Positions 9,402 through 19,717 of a stretch of 64,000 bases of DNA are shown piece by piece (position 1 is the first letter of the stretch; each line of letters starts with the position of its first letter). The DNA comes from Candidatus Brockarchaeota archaeon. Its GTDB lineage: Archaea; Thermoproteota; EX4484-205; JAAOZP01. Made by a program: the position numbers and the translations under genes. Where the stretch lies: NCBI GenBank assembly GCA_017601225.1, contig JAFNIX010000005.1, positions 55,831 to 119,830 on the forward strand, written 5' to 3'. Under the pieces are notes generated by a model, which worked only from the letters and a program-made list of their open reading frames with translations, did no database searches and was not told the DNA's origin.

Positions 9402-10440
9402 CTTTCCACAGTTCGTCTTGAGGAAGCCCCCTTATCCTGATTTCCCTCCTGCCAAGCAGCCCGATCCTCTCGCTCTTGTTTTCAGTTATCCTTCCTATGA
9501 CGCATGCGTTAAACCCTCTCTCCCAAAGCCTTTTCAACAGCCTGGGTGTCTTAGATTTGCTGACTGTTGCCAACAGGGTTCCGGAGCTAACGAGCCTCAG
9601 AGGGTCTAACCCGAGCTTTTCGCATATTATCTTAGTCTCCATCCTAACCGGTATTGACTCCATGTTTATGAAACACCCTTTACCGGAGGCTTCACATATT
9701 TCAAATATGCCGCCGAGCACACCGCCCTCTGTAGGGTCATGCATGGCTGAAACATACTTCGCGGAAATCAGCGCGGGCTCAACTATGCTCAGGTTTTCAA
9801 CAAGCCTTCTCGCCCTTTTTAAGACCGATGGCTGAACCCCTTTCTCTACAAGTTTCCCCCAAAGGTCGGAAGCAAGTATGGAGGTTCCTTCAACACCCGC
9901 CTCCCCAACCATCACAATGTTTTCACCAGACTTAGCGCCGCTCGAAGTGATGATTCTTCTACGCCTAGTCCACCCTATTGCCGTACCCACGAACACAGGG
10001 TTTTCAACGATGCTCGAATACTCCGTGTGCCCCCCAACTATAGCGACCCCAAGCCTCTTAGCTTCACCGCTGGCCTGCCTCATTATCTTCCTGACTTCCC
10101 TATGGTTGGCTGCAGGAGGAAGGATGAGCACGGCTAGAAGGAACTCTGGTTTCGCACCTGTGAGGGCCACGTCGTTAGTTGAAACGTCGACGCCAATTCT
10201 ACCCAGGTTCTCCCTGGCTCCAGTAACAGGGTCGCTTGAAACAATTATCTTAACACCATTTAAAGATATCACGCTATTGTCGACGCCTATGCCTGGGCCG
10301 ACAATAACTCTCCTGCTGGTGGCGCCGAGGTTTGAGAACACTATTTTCTCAAGTATTCTCGGAGGAACCTTGCCAAGTATTCTGCTCAAGACTGCGTCAT
10401 CGTCGGGTTGGAGGGTTAAAAACCTTAGGTGCTTTCGCAA
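9391..10440 (-). CDS. AIR-synthase-related protein (PurM-like superfamily; ThiL/HypE/SelD-like, COG2144-type)
   Basis: 349 aa. N-domain motif IIVSSDPVTG..IGVDVSTNDVALTGAKPEFLLAVLILP and C-domain motif AMHDPTEGGVLGG. Not purM (that is at 22772). It lacks the HypE C-terminal PRIC motif. Confidence 0.5.
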   Translation of the reverse strand: MRKHLRFLTLQPDDDAVLSRILGKVPPRILEKIVFSNLGATSRRVIVGPGIGVDNSVISLNGVKIIVSSDPVTGARENLGRIGVDVSTNDVALTGAKPEFLLAVLILPPAANHREVRKIMRQASGEAKRLGVAIVGGHTEYSSIVENPVFVGTAIGWTRRRRIITSSGAKSGENIVMVGEAGVEGTSILASDLWGKLVEKGVQPSVLKRARRLVENLSIVEPALISAKYVSAMHDPTEGGVLGGIFEICEASGKGCFINMESIPVRMETKIICEKLGLDPLRLVSSGTLLATVSKSKTPRLLKRLWERGFNACVIGRITENKSERIGLLGRREIRIRGLPQDELWKAIG

Positions 10441-10470
10441 AAACAGTTTCCCTAAGATAAGCTTAAAAGC

Positions 10471-13296
10471 TTGCTGGGTGAGGCGAATGCGATGGGTGAA
10501 ATAAAGGTTTCAAGCGGTAGGGATTACCGCGGTCTTTTTAAGAAGGTTGCCGGGATATTGCTGACTGTTTCCCTAGTCTGGCTCGGCTTCTCTGCATGGC
10601 TCTTCACGATGAGTGTTTACGACAATATGTATAGTGTAAAATCGGGGGTAAGCTATCTCAACATCATGTTTTTAAACGGCAATCTTTTCACCGCGCTCGG
10701 CGTCCTGATAGGAATCGCCGTGTTAAACCCGTTCCTCTGGCACTCAGTCTTAAAAAGAAGGTTTAAGGCTGCGGCTTTAATACTGTTTCCAAGCATTCTG
10801 TTAGCATTCGTATTCTTCTCGACCGTAGGCTCGCAAATGGCTGTTCAAATCCTTCTGCTGAATAAGGTGAGCAGCTTTCTACAATCCTATCTTAGCTGGC
10901 TTGGGAAAGTATACTTTGGGCCACTCTCTTTCTCCGGCGAGGAGCTCTACGGTATGATGCCGGTTTTCGACTTCGTTGAGCTTATGAAAATGATCTACGT
11001 GTTTTCTATAGCAATAATTTTCATAAGCCTAGCTGTAAATGATTTTCAGCGCATAGTCGTTCCGATGAGAAAGGCTGCGGCATGGCCTCAGGGCGACTTA
11101 ACAGTGTTAGAGTTGACGAGAACAGTCTTCTCACTCCTCCGGTTCATAGTGTCAGCTGTCTTCATAGGGTTCTTCCTATTCTGGTATCCTTCCTTGACTT
11201 ACGATGTGACGAGCCCAATATTCAGGCTTGCATTAACCACATCTGTCATCCTGGTGGTTCTCCAAATACTCTTGGAAACAGTGCCCTTTAAGAAGGCAAC
11301 TATGGTAAAGAATATTCTGCTTGTCCTTGCGATCGTAATAGCTATGCTCGGGTATGCACTGCCGCAAGCATACTACAGGACTTTAGGAGGATGGGATGCT
11401 AACAAGGTTTCCTACGAGTTCAACCCAAGGATTAAGCCGCACATAGAGCTCGTAAAACTTCTCAACGGTTTAAACGAGGTTTCTGAAGCAACCCAATCCC
11501 CCGGGAGCCTCAGCGACCTTGAGAAGGTCAGACTGACTAGTCACGATTTCATATCTTCAAGAACCAGCTACGAGCTCTCAAGAAGAGGAATACCGTGGAT
11601 TACTGGAAGCGAACCCTCAATGATATATTTTAAAGACGGCCGTCTATACTGGGTTGTTTTCACAGCCCCCGTGATGGTGGAGGCAACCGATGTTGAGACT
11701 GCTGAATCATTCATATATACTCACAGCGAGGTTATATTGGCTTTCGACGCTACAACCGGAAGGAGTATTCCGTTAAGCCAGGCCCTCGGAATGATTAATG
11801 TTCCACCTGTATACTATGGTTTGGGAGGGCTTTTCAGAGGGAGGGAAATAGTGTTCGTTAACACGGGTAAATGGAGGGAAGCTGGGACTGTGAACTACAC
11901 CGGCTCGCCCGACTATGTTTTCTCAGGATGGGTTCGTGCAGCCTACTTCCTTCTTAAAGGAAGGCTTGATATAGCTTCAGGAGGCTACGGGGATACTTTA
12001 AACGCTTTGATCACTAGAGACGCTTATGAAAGGGTTTCAGCGATAAAAGCGCCGCTTCTGGTCATTGAAACCGACCCTAGGACGGGTGTGCCAGCACCAT
12101 ACCCGGTTGTAGACCCGGATGGGAATCTTTACCTTGCTTTCTCAACCTTTATTGAGAAGCCTGTTTACACTCAGTACGCTGCCACGGAGAAGTATGGTGT
12201 TGAAAACGGAGGCTGCTTCAGAAGGCTTTTCTCCATAATCCTGGTGAACGTTGCAGACGGCAGTATTCAAGGCTATATGTTTGAAGAATCCTTGAATAGT
12301 GACAACTATGTTGTCAACGCTCTTAAATCCCTATATCCTTCATGGGTTAGACCAATTCCGTCTTGGCTTAAGACACAGGCAAGATACATTAAAAACCTTA
12401 TGTGGAGCATAATTGACATCTATAATACGTACAGGATTTCAAGCTCGGATTACGACTCCTGGTATAGGAGTACAGGCATGCTGGATTATCCTCGAGACTC
12501 CAGTGGAAACATATATTCGCAAAGCGTTTTCGACATAAGGTACGTTTCCCTGGAAAACCGGTACGTGGCCCTGTGCATAGTTGAGAATTATCAGCAGAAC
12601 CCCGGGGCCTCTGTGAATATTGTCGGCGCGTATGTTTTCACTCCTGACAGTAAGGAGTTTATCCTGTTTCAAAACAGGGTTCCAAGGCTCAGCGCGATAA
12701 TGGAAAGTATTCTTCACCATCCTACTGTTCAACAAATATTGACTCTACACCAGACGCGCGGGGTCTCATGGGTTGAGGGTAACCTAATGGTCCAGCTGGT
12801 TAACAATACGCCGGTATTCATACTCCCGTTTTACTCGATAAGTACTCAAGTGGCATACGTCACCATGGTTGTGGTTTATAATCCTCAAACCGGTAGGATA
12901 GGCGTCTACCAGGTTAGGAACGTGGACGACTGGGTGGAGGTTTCAAGATCAACCTTGGCAGCATATGCTTCAACGCTCCCCGTAAACATTACGGTGAAAC
13001 CGGATTACCTTCAACAGGTTAAGGCGTTCCTCGTTGCGAACGGGCTATATGTGGCTGAGCCGGTTAGCGTTTCCGCGAACGTCGTATACAGGATTGGATA
13101 CGTTAAGGCTGAAGAGTTCCAGAGCATGGCCAACACTACGCTGGCTAAGCTGGTAGAATTCTGCAGCCAACATGGCTTGAAAACAGTAAACATCTGGGTT
13201 GAGAGAGCCGGGGATAAGGAAGTAATAAACGTCGGAGTCCTAATCACGACGGTTCAAGGAGTAGAACTCCACCTCGTTCAAATAGAAACTAGCTAG
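10471..13296 (+). CDS. large membrane protein (941 aa): N-terminal 7-TM block plus about 640 aa extracytoplasmic domain; UPF0182/COG1615-like architecture
   Basis: Hydropathy shows 7 TM segments in the first 300 aa, then a long soluble region. The overall size and topology match the UPF0182 family. No catalytic motif was identified. Confidence 0.35.
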   Translation: MLGEANAMGEIKVSSGRDYRGLFKKVAGILLTVSLVWLGFSAWLFTMSVYDNMYSVKSGVSYLNIMFLNGNLFTALGVLIGIAVLNPFLWHSVLKRRFKAAALILFPSILLAFVFFSTVGSQMAVQILLLNKVSSFLQSYLSWLGKVYFGPLSFSGEELYGMMPVFDFVELMKMIYVFSIAIIFISLAVNDFQRIVVPMRKAAAWPQGDLTVLELTRTVFSLLRFIVSAVFIGFFLFWYPSLTYDVTSPIFRLALTTSVILVVLQILLETVPFKKATMVKNILLVLAIVIAMLGYALPQAYYRTLGGWDANKVSYEFNPRIKPHIELVKLLNGLNEVSEATQSPGSLSDLEKVRLTSHDFISSRTSYELSRRGIPWITGSEPSMIYFKDGRLYWVVFTAPVMVEATDVETAESFIYTHSEVILAFDATTGRSIPLSQALGMINVPPVYYGLGGLFRGREIVFVNTGKWREAGTVNYTGSPDYVFSGWVRAAYFLLKGRLDIASGGYGDTLNALITRDAYERVSAIKAPLLVIETDPRTGVPAPYPVVDPDGNLYLAFSTFIEKPVYTQYAATEKYGVENGGCFRRLFSIILVNVADGSIQGYMFEESLNSDNYVVNALKSLYPSWVRPIPSWLKTQARYIKNLMWSIIDIYNTYRISSSDYDSWYRSTGMLDYPRDSSGNIYSQSVFDIRYVSLENRYVALCIVENYQQNPGASVNIVGAYVFTPDSKEFILFQNRVPRLSAIMESILHHPTVQQILTLHQTRGVSWVEGNLMVQLVNNTPVFILPFYSISTQVAYVTMVVVYNPQTGRIGVYQVRNVDDWVEVSRSTLAAYASTLPVNITVKPDYLQQVKAFLVANGLYVAEPVSVSANVVYRIGYVKAEEFQSMANTTLAKLVEFCSQHGLKTVNIWVERAGDKEVINVGVLITTVQGVELHLVQIETS

Positions 13297-14138
13297 CTTT
13301 TTCCAAGTAGGCTATTCATCAGGGTTCTGGTTGCTCTGACTATATTGTCATCCAGATCCGGTCTACCGTACTCGTGGATCTCCAGGATCAAGGGCCTCCC
13401 ATAGCCTACTCTTGAGAAAGCATTCACCACCCGGTCCCAGTCTATGCTCCCCATTAAAGGAGGCAAGTGCTGATCATGATGGCCATCGTTATCATGGATG
13501 TGAGTAGCTATGAGATGCCCTCTAAGCATTTCAATCATTGCAGATGCACTCAGCCTGTTCACGTTGGCATGCCCAGTATCAAAGCATATTCCTAGGCTTT
13601 CACTACCGATCTCCTCAACCAATTCTAAGAGATCTTTGGGTAGGGAGCCATAGCAGGATTCAAGCCTGTTCTCCACAGCTATCTTAACACCATGCTCTGA
13701 GGCGTATTTGGAAACCTCTTTGAAAAACCTTAAATTGGCGAGCTTAGTCTTCTCAACAAGCCTCTGGAAATCGTATTCCTCTGAAACTCTAATCCTCGCC
13801 GTATGTAGCACAAGCACACCCCATTCTAACTCGCCAACATGCTTGATCCAGTTGAAGATTTTTCTAAGCGCTTTCTCTCTATGGGAAGGATCTTCTGAAG
13901 CCAGTTCTAAATCGATTTCTCCAAAGGGTCCGTGGACTTGAATAATCCTGACCCCGAGACTGTCCGCTGCCTCCTTAGCGTTTCTCAAAGCCTTCAAGTC
14001 AACGGTTTCATCTTTAAACATTTTAGACAAGTGCTCGTAGGACAGTTCAACAAACCCTACGCCCTTTTCGCTAAGCCTTTCAAGAGCTTTCTCAACATCA
14101 AGTATAGAGTATATCCAGGTGTCGAAACCGTAATCCAT
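13293..14138 (-). CDS. sugar phosphate isomerase/epimerase (xylose-isomerase-like TIM barrel)
   Basis: 281 aa. GVGFVELSYEHL, a metal-binding His/Asp/Glu pattern (HIHDNDGHHDQH) and the HTAR/ENRLES motifs of the AP-endonuclease-2/xylose-isomerase-like fold. Confidence 0.7.
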   Translation of the reverse strand: MDYGFDTWIYSILDVEKALERLSEKGVGFVELSYEHLSKMFKDETVDLKALRNAKEAADSLGVRIIQVHGPFGEIDLELASEDPSHREKALRKIFNWIKHVGELEWGVLVLHTARIRVSEEYDFQRLVEKTKLANLRFFKEVSKYASEHGVKIAVENRLESCYGSLPKDLLELVEEIGSESLGICFDTGHANVNRLSASAMIEMLRGHLIATHIHDNDGHHDQHLPPLMGSIDWDRVVNAFSRVGYGRPLILEIHEYGRPDLDDNIVRATRTLMNSLLGKS

Positions 14139-14196
14139 GTATACAGCGTCGCTTTAAGGTGTTTAAAAAAGGTTTGCTCTAGCTAACGAATTTCTC

Positions 14197-14706
14197 CTAC
14201 GTTAGTGCTTCGAGCTTCCTCAAAAGCTCCTCCAGACTCCCGTACTTCACTTTTTCAGGCAAGCCTAGAAGACTAATCTTGATCCCAGCATTGCTCATAG
14301 CCTCGTAAAGAATCTCTGTGAAAACCCCTCTCCCCTTCTCAGGCTTATCTATTCTGAAATGGGTCCATTCGACACCACAGGACGGGCTTCCCTCTACACC
14401 TAAATAAGCTACTATTCTAGTGCCTTCGCGCTCGTATTCAGCCGCAATCTTTACAGCTTGGTCGGCTATCTCCCTGCAGATTCCTCTGAACTTAGGGTTA
14501 TCATATGATTCTCTAGAAGCGGGCTTCCTGCCTAAGCCCTCGTAAAGTAGTTCCGGGCAGGGGAGCTGTATTACTCCTGTTTCCAAATCTTCTAAAAGGG
14601 TTTTAACAACCCGCCTAGCTGCTTTCACTTTCTCCTCCCACAGTAATCCCACTGCCTTGCTGTATGGGTTAAGAATGCAGTGGGAAACAAGCAGGATTCT
14701 CCTCAT
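14197..14706 (-). CDS. DUF523-family protein (TudS-like, putative Fe-S thio-desulfurase)
   Basis: 169 aa. Cys motifs LVSHCILN, LPCPE and GSPSCGVE are spaced as in DUF523/2-thiouracil desulfurase. Confidence 0.4.
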   Translation of the reverse strand: MRRILLVSHCILNPYSKAVGLLWEEKVKAARRVVKTLLEDLETGVIQLPCPELLYEGLGRKPASRESYDNPKFRGICREIADQAVKIAAEYEREGTRIVAYLGVEGSPSCGVEWTHFRIDKPEKGRGVFTEILYEAMSNAGIKISLLGLPEKVKYGSLEELLRKLEALT

Positions 14707-14851
14707 AACTATGGCTTAAAACGAGCGTTATTAAAGCTTTCATGCGGGGAATCTTGGAACATGTTCTAAAGGCATGAGGCTTCATACGTAATGTTTAAAA
14801 ATGGTCTAAGCCGGGGTGAGGCTTAACACGGTGGACTGATGGTGGCTCAGA

Positions 14852-16861
14852 TTGCCTACGACAGGAATTCCGTCTGCTCCAGAGATAATCGTTTCGGGCT
14901 CCGTTTTAGCGAGCCTACTGGCAATCATAATCCTAGCTCTTAATGTTCTTAAACACCGGTTGAAGAACCCTAAGGCAGCTAGGATAGCTGGCTACATAGA
15001 GTCAGGCGCCTCAGCATTCCTACGCACAGAGTATTCCGTCATCATAGTGTTCGACGCTGCAGTAACCGTGCTTCTCCTCGTTCTCCTTGGGGTTAAGACA
15101 GCACTCGCATTCATGCTTGGGGCAGCATTGTCCCTAGCCTCAGGTTTCACAGGTATGAAGGTGGCTGTAAAGGCAAACGCTAGAACAATGGAATCGGTAA
15201 ACGGGAACGTTTCTAAAGGTTTAAAAACAGCTTTAAGCGGAGGCTCGGTGACCGGTCTATCAGTTGCAAGCCTAAGCCTCCTAGGAATATTAATCCTAGT
15301 TTCACTCATAAGGCAGGACTCTTCTGGGCTTAGCATCGAGTTTCTGACGGGCTACGCCATGGGTGCTAGCTTGACTGCAATCTTCATCCAGATAGGTGGC
15401 GGGATATTCACTAAGAGTGCGGACATCGGCGCCGACCTGGTTGGAAAGCTTGAATACGGGCTTAGTGAGGATGATCCTCGTAACCCAGCGGTGATAGCTG
15501 ACCTGGTTGGGGATAATGTTGGCGACTGCGCTGGTAGAGGTGCAGACCTGTTTGAGACTCTAAGCGGAGACATGGTTACCAGCATGATAATAGGCCTAGG
15601 ATTTCTGGATAAATACGGGTATATGATCCTACTGTTCTCACCGCTATTTCTCTCAGTAGGATTGCTTTCCACTATAATCAGCATTATGGTTGCACTTAAA
15701 ATCAGCAATCCTGCGAAGAGTTTTCTGATAAGCCTTGTTGTCTCAACAGTTTCTTCAGCAGTAGGCCTCTACTTTGTCTCAACCCTCTTTATGAAGGATG
15801 TCTCTCTTTTCTACGCCGGGTTAAGCGGGTTGATCGTGACACTGCTTATGGCCGTCGTGTCAAACTATTACACTGGTGTAAACTCCTCGCCGGTTAAAAG
15901 CATGTATGAGTCAGCTAAAAGGGGTGCTGCTATAAACATGATAAATGGCTTCGCCTATGGTTTAAGGGGAGCTGTAATACCCGTGTTCCTAGTTTCAACG
16001 GCCGCGATACTTTCTTACCTAGTCACAGGTAATATTTACGGTCTGGTGGCGGCAAACCTGGGGACAGACATACTCATAGGGACAGTTATGGCTTGGGATG
16101 CTTTCGGGCCAATAGTTGACAATGCTGGTGGAATAAACGAGATATGCGGTGAAGGTAATAATGGTGCGTTCGATGCTCTCGACGCCATTGGAAACACTAC
16201 TAAAGCATACACTAAGGCCTTTGCCCTTGCTAGCGGCACCTTCACAGCATTCATAGCCTTAATGACCTATTACTACGTTGTTGGCAAAAGGCCTGTTGAC
16301 TTAACGAACCCGTTTCACACGGCCGGCCTCCTAATAGGCATAGCTATCCCGTTCCTCTTCTCCTCGTACATAATGAGCGCGGTGAACTCTACGACTCGAG
16401 TAATGGTTGACGAGGTTAGGAAACAGTTTAGAGAGAAACCCGGGATACTCTCAGGATTGGAGACCCCTGCCTATGACAAGTGTGTCAAAATAGCGACGCT
16501 AAACGCTTTGAGGCAGATGATCCTGCCGGTTTTAATCGCTGAGGCCGTGTTCCTCGGCTTCGGACTGCTTTTCGGGGTTGGTGCTTTAGCCGGAATGCTG
16601 ATAGGCCTGCTTGGCGCAAGCGCAATCTTAGGGATTAAGTATATCCTCGTAGGCGGGGCTTTCGATAACACTAAGAAGCTTTTCGAATTGTCTGGAAGCA
16701 ATGATGAGGATCTGCGGTCCGCTGTCGTGACGGGTGATACTTTCGGAGACCCACTTAAGGATGTGGCCGGCCCCTCTTTAACGATTCTTATGAAGAGCAT
16801 CATAATGACGGCTCTGACTTTTGAAACAATACTGGTTAAATATGCATTGTTCCCCGTCTAG
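14852..16861 (+). CDS. hppA: membrane-bound proton (or Na+)-translocating pyrophosphatase
   Basis: 669 aa. Diagnostic V-PPase motifs GGGIFTKSADIGADLVGKLE and DLVGDNVGDCAGRGADLFE. About 15 TM helices. Confidence 0.9.
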   Translation: MPTTGIPSAPEIIVSGSVLASLLAIIILALNVLKHRLKNPKAARIAGYIESGASAFLRTEYSVIIVFDAAVTVLLLVLLGVKTALAFMLGAALSLASGFTGMKVAVKANARTMESVNGNVSKGLKTALSGGSVTGLSVASLSLLGILILVSLIRQDSSGLSIEFLTGYAMGASLTAIFIQIGGGIFTKSADIGADLVGKLEYGLSEDDPRNPAVIADLVGDNVGDCAGRGADLFETLSGDMVTSMIIGLGFLDKYGYMILLFSPLFLSVGLLSTIISIMVALKISNPAKSFLISLVVSTVSSAVGLYFVSTLFMKDVSLFYAGLSGLIVTLLMAVVSNYYTGVNSSPVKSMYESAKRGAAINMINGFAYGLRGAVIPVFLVSTAAILSYLVTGNIYGLVAANLGTDILIGTVMAWDAFGPIVDNAGGINEICGEGNNGAFDALDAIGNTTKAYTKAFALASGTFTAFIALMTYYYVVGKRPVDLTNPFHTAGLLIGIAIPFLFSSYIMSAVNSTTRVMVDEVRKQFREKPGILSGLETPAYDKCVKIATLNALRQMILPVLIAEAVFLGFGLLFGVGALAGMLIGLLGASAILGIKYILVGGAFDNTKKLFELSGSNDEDLRSAVVTGDTFGDPLKDVAGPSLTILMKSIIMTALTFETILVKYALFPV

Positions 16862-16881
16862 CTAAGTTTTTAAACCGCCTA

Positions 16882-17283
16882 ATGGTTCTCAATACTGTGT
16901 TGCCAGAAGCAATCCTCATTAAAAGCAGGTCAATAGGTGTAAGGAGGGCTGTACTTCTACCTGAGTTAAACCCTAAAACTGTCGAGGGTATTCTTAAGGC
17001 CTTGCCTTTTAAAGGATTTGCAAACACCTGGGGTGAGGAAATATATTTTGAAATACCCGTTGTCCTGCCGGAGGAGAATTCGCGCAGAGAGGTTGAGAAA
17101 GGAGAGGTTGCCTACTGGCCTCCTGGAAGAGCCCTCTGCATCTTCTTCGGCCCAACCCCCATGTCAAGAAAGGGGAAGATAGTTGCATATAGCCCTGTCA
17201 ACGTTTTCGCTAAGATAGAGGGAGACCTCGAAGTCTTCAAAAAGGTTAGGGACGGTGAGGAAATACTTGTTGAGAAAGAGTAG
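16882..17283 (+). CDS. cyclophilin-like-fold protein (TM1367/DUF369-like), function unknown
   Basis: 133 aa. The segment EVAYWPPGRALCIFFGPTP matches the conserved core of the cyclophilin-like small-protein family. Confidence 0.3.
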   Translation: MVLNTVLPEAILIKSRSIGVRRAVLLPELNPKTVEGILKALPFKGFANTWGEEIYFEIPVVLPEENSRREVEKGEVAYWPPGRALCIFFGPTPMSRKGKIVAYSPVNVFAKIEGDLEVFKKVRDGEEILVEKE

Positions 17284-17344
17284 AGACCTGTTCTCAATTA
17301 CTGTTGACTAGTGTTGAAAAGACTTTTCGTCACATGCTGTGCTT

Positions 17345-17842
17345 CTAAACACTGTTGGACTGGGTTAAGCTGGAGGGTCCTACGAAAAACTTGTCATCGG
17401 GCTTATGCAGGTTTTTAACAATCTTTCCCTTTCCATCTGGGGAAATCGTTAAAGAGTCTTGAAGAGCCACTCCTACCGCTATTGCAACATAGTCTTCTGA
17501 AACAACTGCAACAGGATCCCCTTTGCTGAAACTGCTGTGTTTAACTACTCCCGGTATCATCACGTCAGCACCCTTAGCGACGTATTCTACAGCACCCTTG
17601 TCCACAACGACTATTGGACAAACCGTTATTCTCCCTAGGCCTTGAAGATGCGGAATAATCCTTCCGTCTGGAAAAATTATTAATGCGGGGATTCGGTTTA
17701 AAAGAAGTATTTTAGCATCTTCCAGCTCAACTATCTCAGCAGACTCCAGCTTATCTAGTTTAAAAGAGATTTTCTGGTTTTTAGCGTCTTCGATAAGCCT
17801 AGCTGCCTCCTTCCTCCTTATCTGTATTCTTTTCAAGCTCAA
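17345..17842 (-). CDS. PUA-domain RNA-binding protein (MCT-1/Tma20-like)
   Basis: 165 aa. C-terminal PUA signature (KGADVMIPGVV..GDPVAVV). 4-nt overlap with the downstream TIM-barrel gene. Confidence 0.45.
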   Translation of the reverse strand: MSLKRIQIRRKEAARLIEDAKNQKISFKLDKLESAEIVELEDAKILLLNRIPALIIFPDGRIIPHLQGLGRITVCPIVVVDKGAVEYVAKGADVMIPGVVKHSSFSKGDPVAVVSEDYVAIAVGVALQDSLTISPDGKGKIVKNLHKPDDKFFVGPSSLTQSNSV

Positions 17843-18699
17843 AGCCCTTTTATGATTTCTTCAAGCGCCCTACAGTTCTCCTCAGCGTTTTTAATAATAT
17901 CTGGGACTGTGGGAGACTTCAACAAGGGGTTGAAGCTTGGAGGGCACTCTACAGTCAAATACCCGTTATATCCCGCTGCTTTAAGCAGCTTTATAATCTT
18001 CCTCCAGTTCACGTTTCCTTTAAGCACGTTCCTAAACCCGTTAATATTTCCAATATTAGTGTCGAAATCCTTAGCATGCACGTTTGACACCATGCTCCCC
18101 AGGCTATGTATCCAGTTTTCAGGGTGAGATATTGCCATCAGGTTGGCAACGTCTAGATATACTTTCACGTTTCTCATCCCCACATCCATTATGAATTTCT
18201 TAAACTCTATAGGAGAATAGAGAAACTTGTTCCAGACGTTTTCAACAGCTATCGTCACGTCATAATCCTCTGCGAACTCCGCGAGCTTTTTCACAGAATT
18301 TAGAGCGTTGGCATAAAGCTCCTCATAAGGTATCTCCGGGGAGGCGACACCTGGGACAACGAGGATCGATGAGGCTCCTACCATCCTAGCCATTTTAACA
18401 CCAGCCTTGCCGTATTCGATGCCTTTGCTCCTAGTTTTTTCATCATTTGAGCCAAGATTATACTTCCAGAAGACGCCTGTCGCCACGCTAGGTATTTCAA
18501 GACCCTCTGACTTGAAATCCTCAGCTGTTCTCAGTATCTCCTCCTCCGTCTTCCTAGTCGGGTCGAAACTGCTATCGTCGAAGACAAGTTCAACCCCATC
18601 ATAACCGATCTCCTTAATCTTCTTGGCAACCTTCTTATTGTCGAGTTCACTCAGAATGCTGGGCCATTCGACGCTCCAAAGATTTATCCCCTTCTTCAT
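17839..18699 (-). CDS. sugar phosphate isomerase/epimerase (xylose-isomerase-like TIM barrel)
   Basis: 286 aa. N-terminal GINLWS..GYDGVEL and ENVWNKF/HAKD motifs typical of UlaE/hexulose-6-P-isomerase-like members. Confidence 0.7.
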   Translation of the reverse strand: MKKGINLWSVEWPSILSELDNKKVAKKIKEIGYDGVELVFDDSSFDPTRKTEEEILRTAEDFKSEGLEIPSVATGVFWKYNLGSNDEKTRSKGIEYGKAGVKMARMVGASSILVVPGVASPEIPYEELYANALNSVKKLAEFAEDYDVTIAVENVWNKFLYSPIEFKKFIMDVGMRNVKVYLDVANLMAISHPENWIHSLGSMVSNVHAKDFDTNIGNINGFRNVLKGNVNWRKIIKLLKAAGYNGYLTVECPPSFNPLLKSPTVPDIIKNAEENCRALEEIIKGL

Positions 18700-18722
18700 A
18701 GATAATAGTTGAAGAGTAAAAC

Positions 18723-19640
18723 CTAATAAAGTTTTTGAAAATTGTGAAACCTTATAAGCTTAACCACGTTGGAATCCTTTGGGACGCCGAGGTTTCTGCC
18801 AACGACTTCGCATTTGACTCTCAGAACATAGCAAACAGGCTTGCCAATATTCTTTTCAAGCCCGGTGAGAGACTCTAGGTTTCCCTGGCCTTTAGATATC
18901 ACTATGTCTGAATCCTTCAATGCTTGCTTAAACTCCTCTGAAACCCTACTCATAACAATTCCGATAGTGTCATCACCCGTGGTGATGATTTTGTCACAAG
19001 CCTCGCCAAGCCCAATATGCTCCACATCCTCAAGGGTAGCATCGTTCAAAACAGGCCCACCCTTAACAACCATCGTAACGCCGCATCCCCATCTCTCTTT
19101 TAGGCATTTGGCTGCAAGCTTATCGAAAACTATTTCCCCGGCGTTATCCGCCAGGTAAAGAATCTTCTTCCTTCTGCTGATTTCTTCACCAAGTTTATCA
19201 GTATCATCGATAACTAATGGTTCTTTCAAATAATCTTTAAAACGTGATTCTAGGTTTTTAAGGCTGAAGTGATGCCCATGAACTTCAAAATCCATCATGT
19301 TCCCGATTATGGATGTTTTAAGACAAAACCTTAATGCTTCAACATCATCCTTGATTGATTCAAATGTTTCGCATAGGCTTGGATAAATCTTTAAAGCAGT
19401 TTCATTCGAAAGGGCTTTAATATGCTTAAAAGGGTCTCTTACGCCAGCTATTTTTTGAGTAATTCTGCAGACTTGTGAGTGAAGTATGTTTGGAGGCGTG
19501 TCCTCTTCGAAAGCCGTCGGAAGCCATCTTAATACTTCTAAAAGAATTTCTCTGACCAAATCCGGGTCACTTGTGGCCTTAAGTGCAACGTCTAGAGCGG
19601 CATTTACGGTACACGGGATGCATAATAGGCTCGGTTTCAT
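18723..19640 (-). CDS. DUF89-family protein (ARMT1-like metal-dependent damage-control phosphatase)
   Basis: 305 aa. N-terminal CIPCTVN Cys motif and the overall helical N-domain plus Rossmann-like C-domain pattern seen in DUF89 subfamily members. Confidence 0.35.
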   Translation of the reverse strand: MKPSLLCIPCTVNAALDVALKATSDPDLVREILLEVLRWLPTAFEEDTPPNILHSQVCRITQKIAGVRDPFKHIKALSNETALKIYPSLCETFESIKDDVEALRFCLKTSIIGNMMDFEVHGHHFSLKNLESRFKDYLKEPLVIDDTDKLGEEISRRKKILYLADNAGEIVFDKLAAKCLKERWGCGVTMVVKGGPVLNDATLEDVEHIGLGEACDKIITTGDDTIGIVMSRVSEEFKQALKDSDIVISKGQGNLESLTGLEKNIGKPVCYVLRVKCEVVGRNLGVPKDSNVVKLIRFHNFQKLY

Positions 19641-19717
19641 AATGTTCTCCTGAGATGCTTGGATTTATGAATTTTCTGCTAACTGGAGGAACACTTCTCG
19701 GCTGAGGAAAATAGCTT

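Noticed and set aside
9391-10440. Considered calling this ORF HypE (hydrogenase maturation) or ThiL
   Set aside because: It lacks the HypE C-terminal PRIC cysteine motif. The ThiL N-terminal GDDAAV motif is only loosely matched (DDDAVL). I kept it as a generic AIR-synthase-related protein.
9418-10504. + strand ORFs 9418-9609, 9476-9835 and 9878-10504 antisense to the PurM-superfamily gene
   Set aside because: They lie antisense to a gene with clear PurM-fold motifs. They have no motifs themselves and their composition is Pro/Ser-rich.
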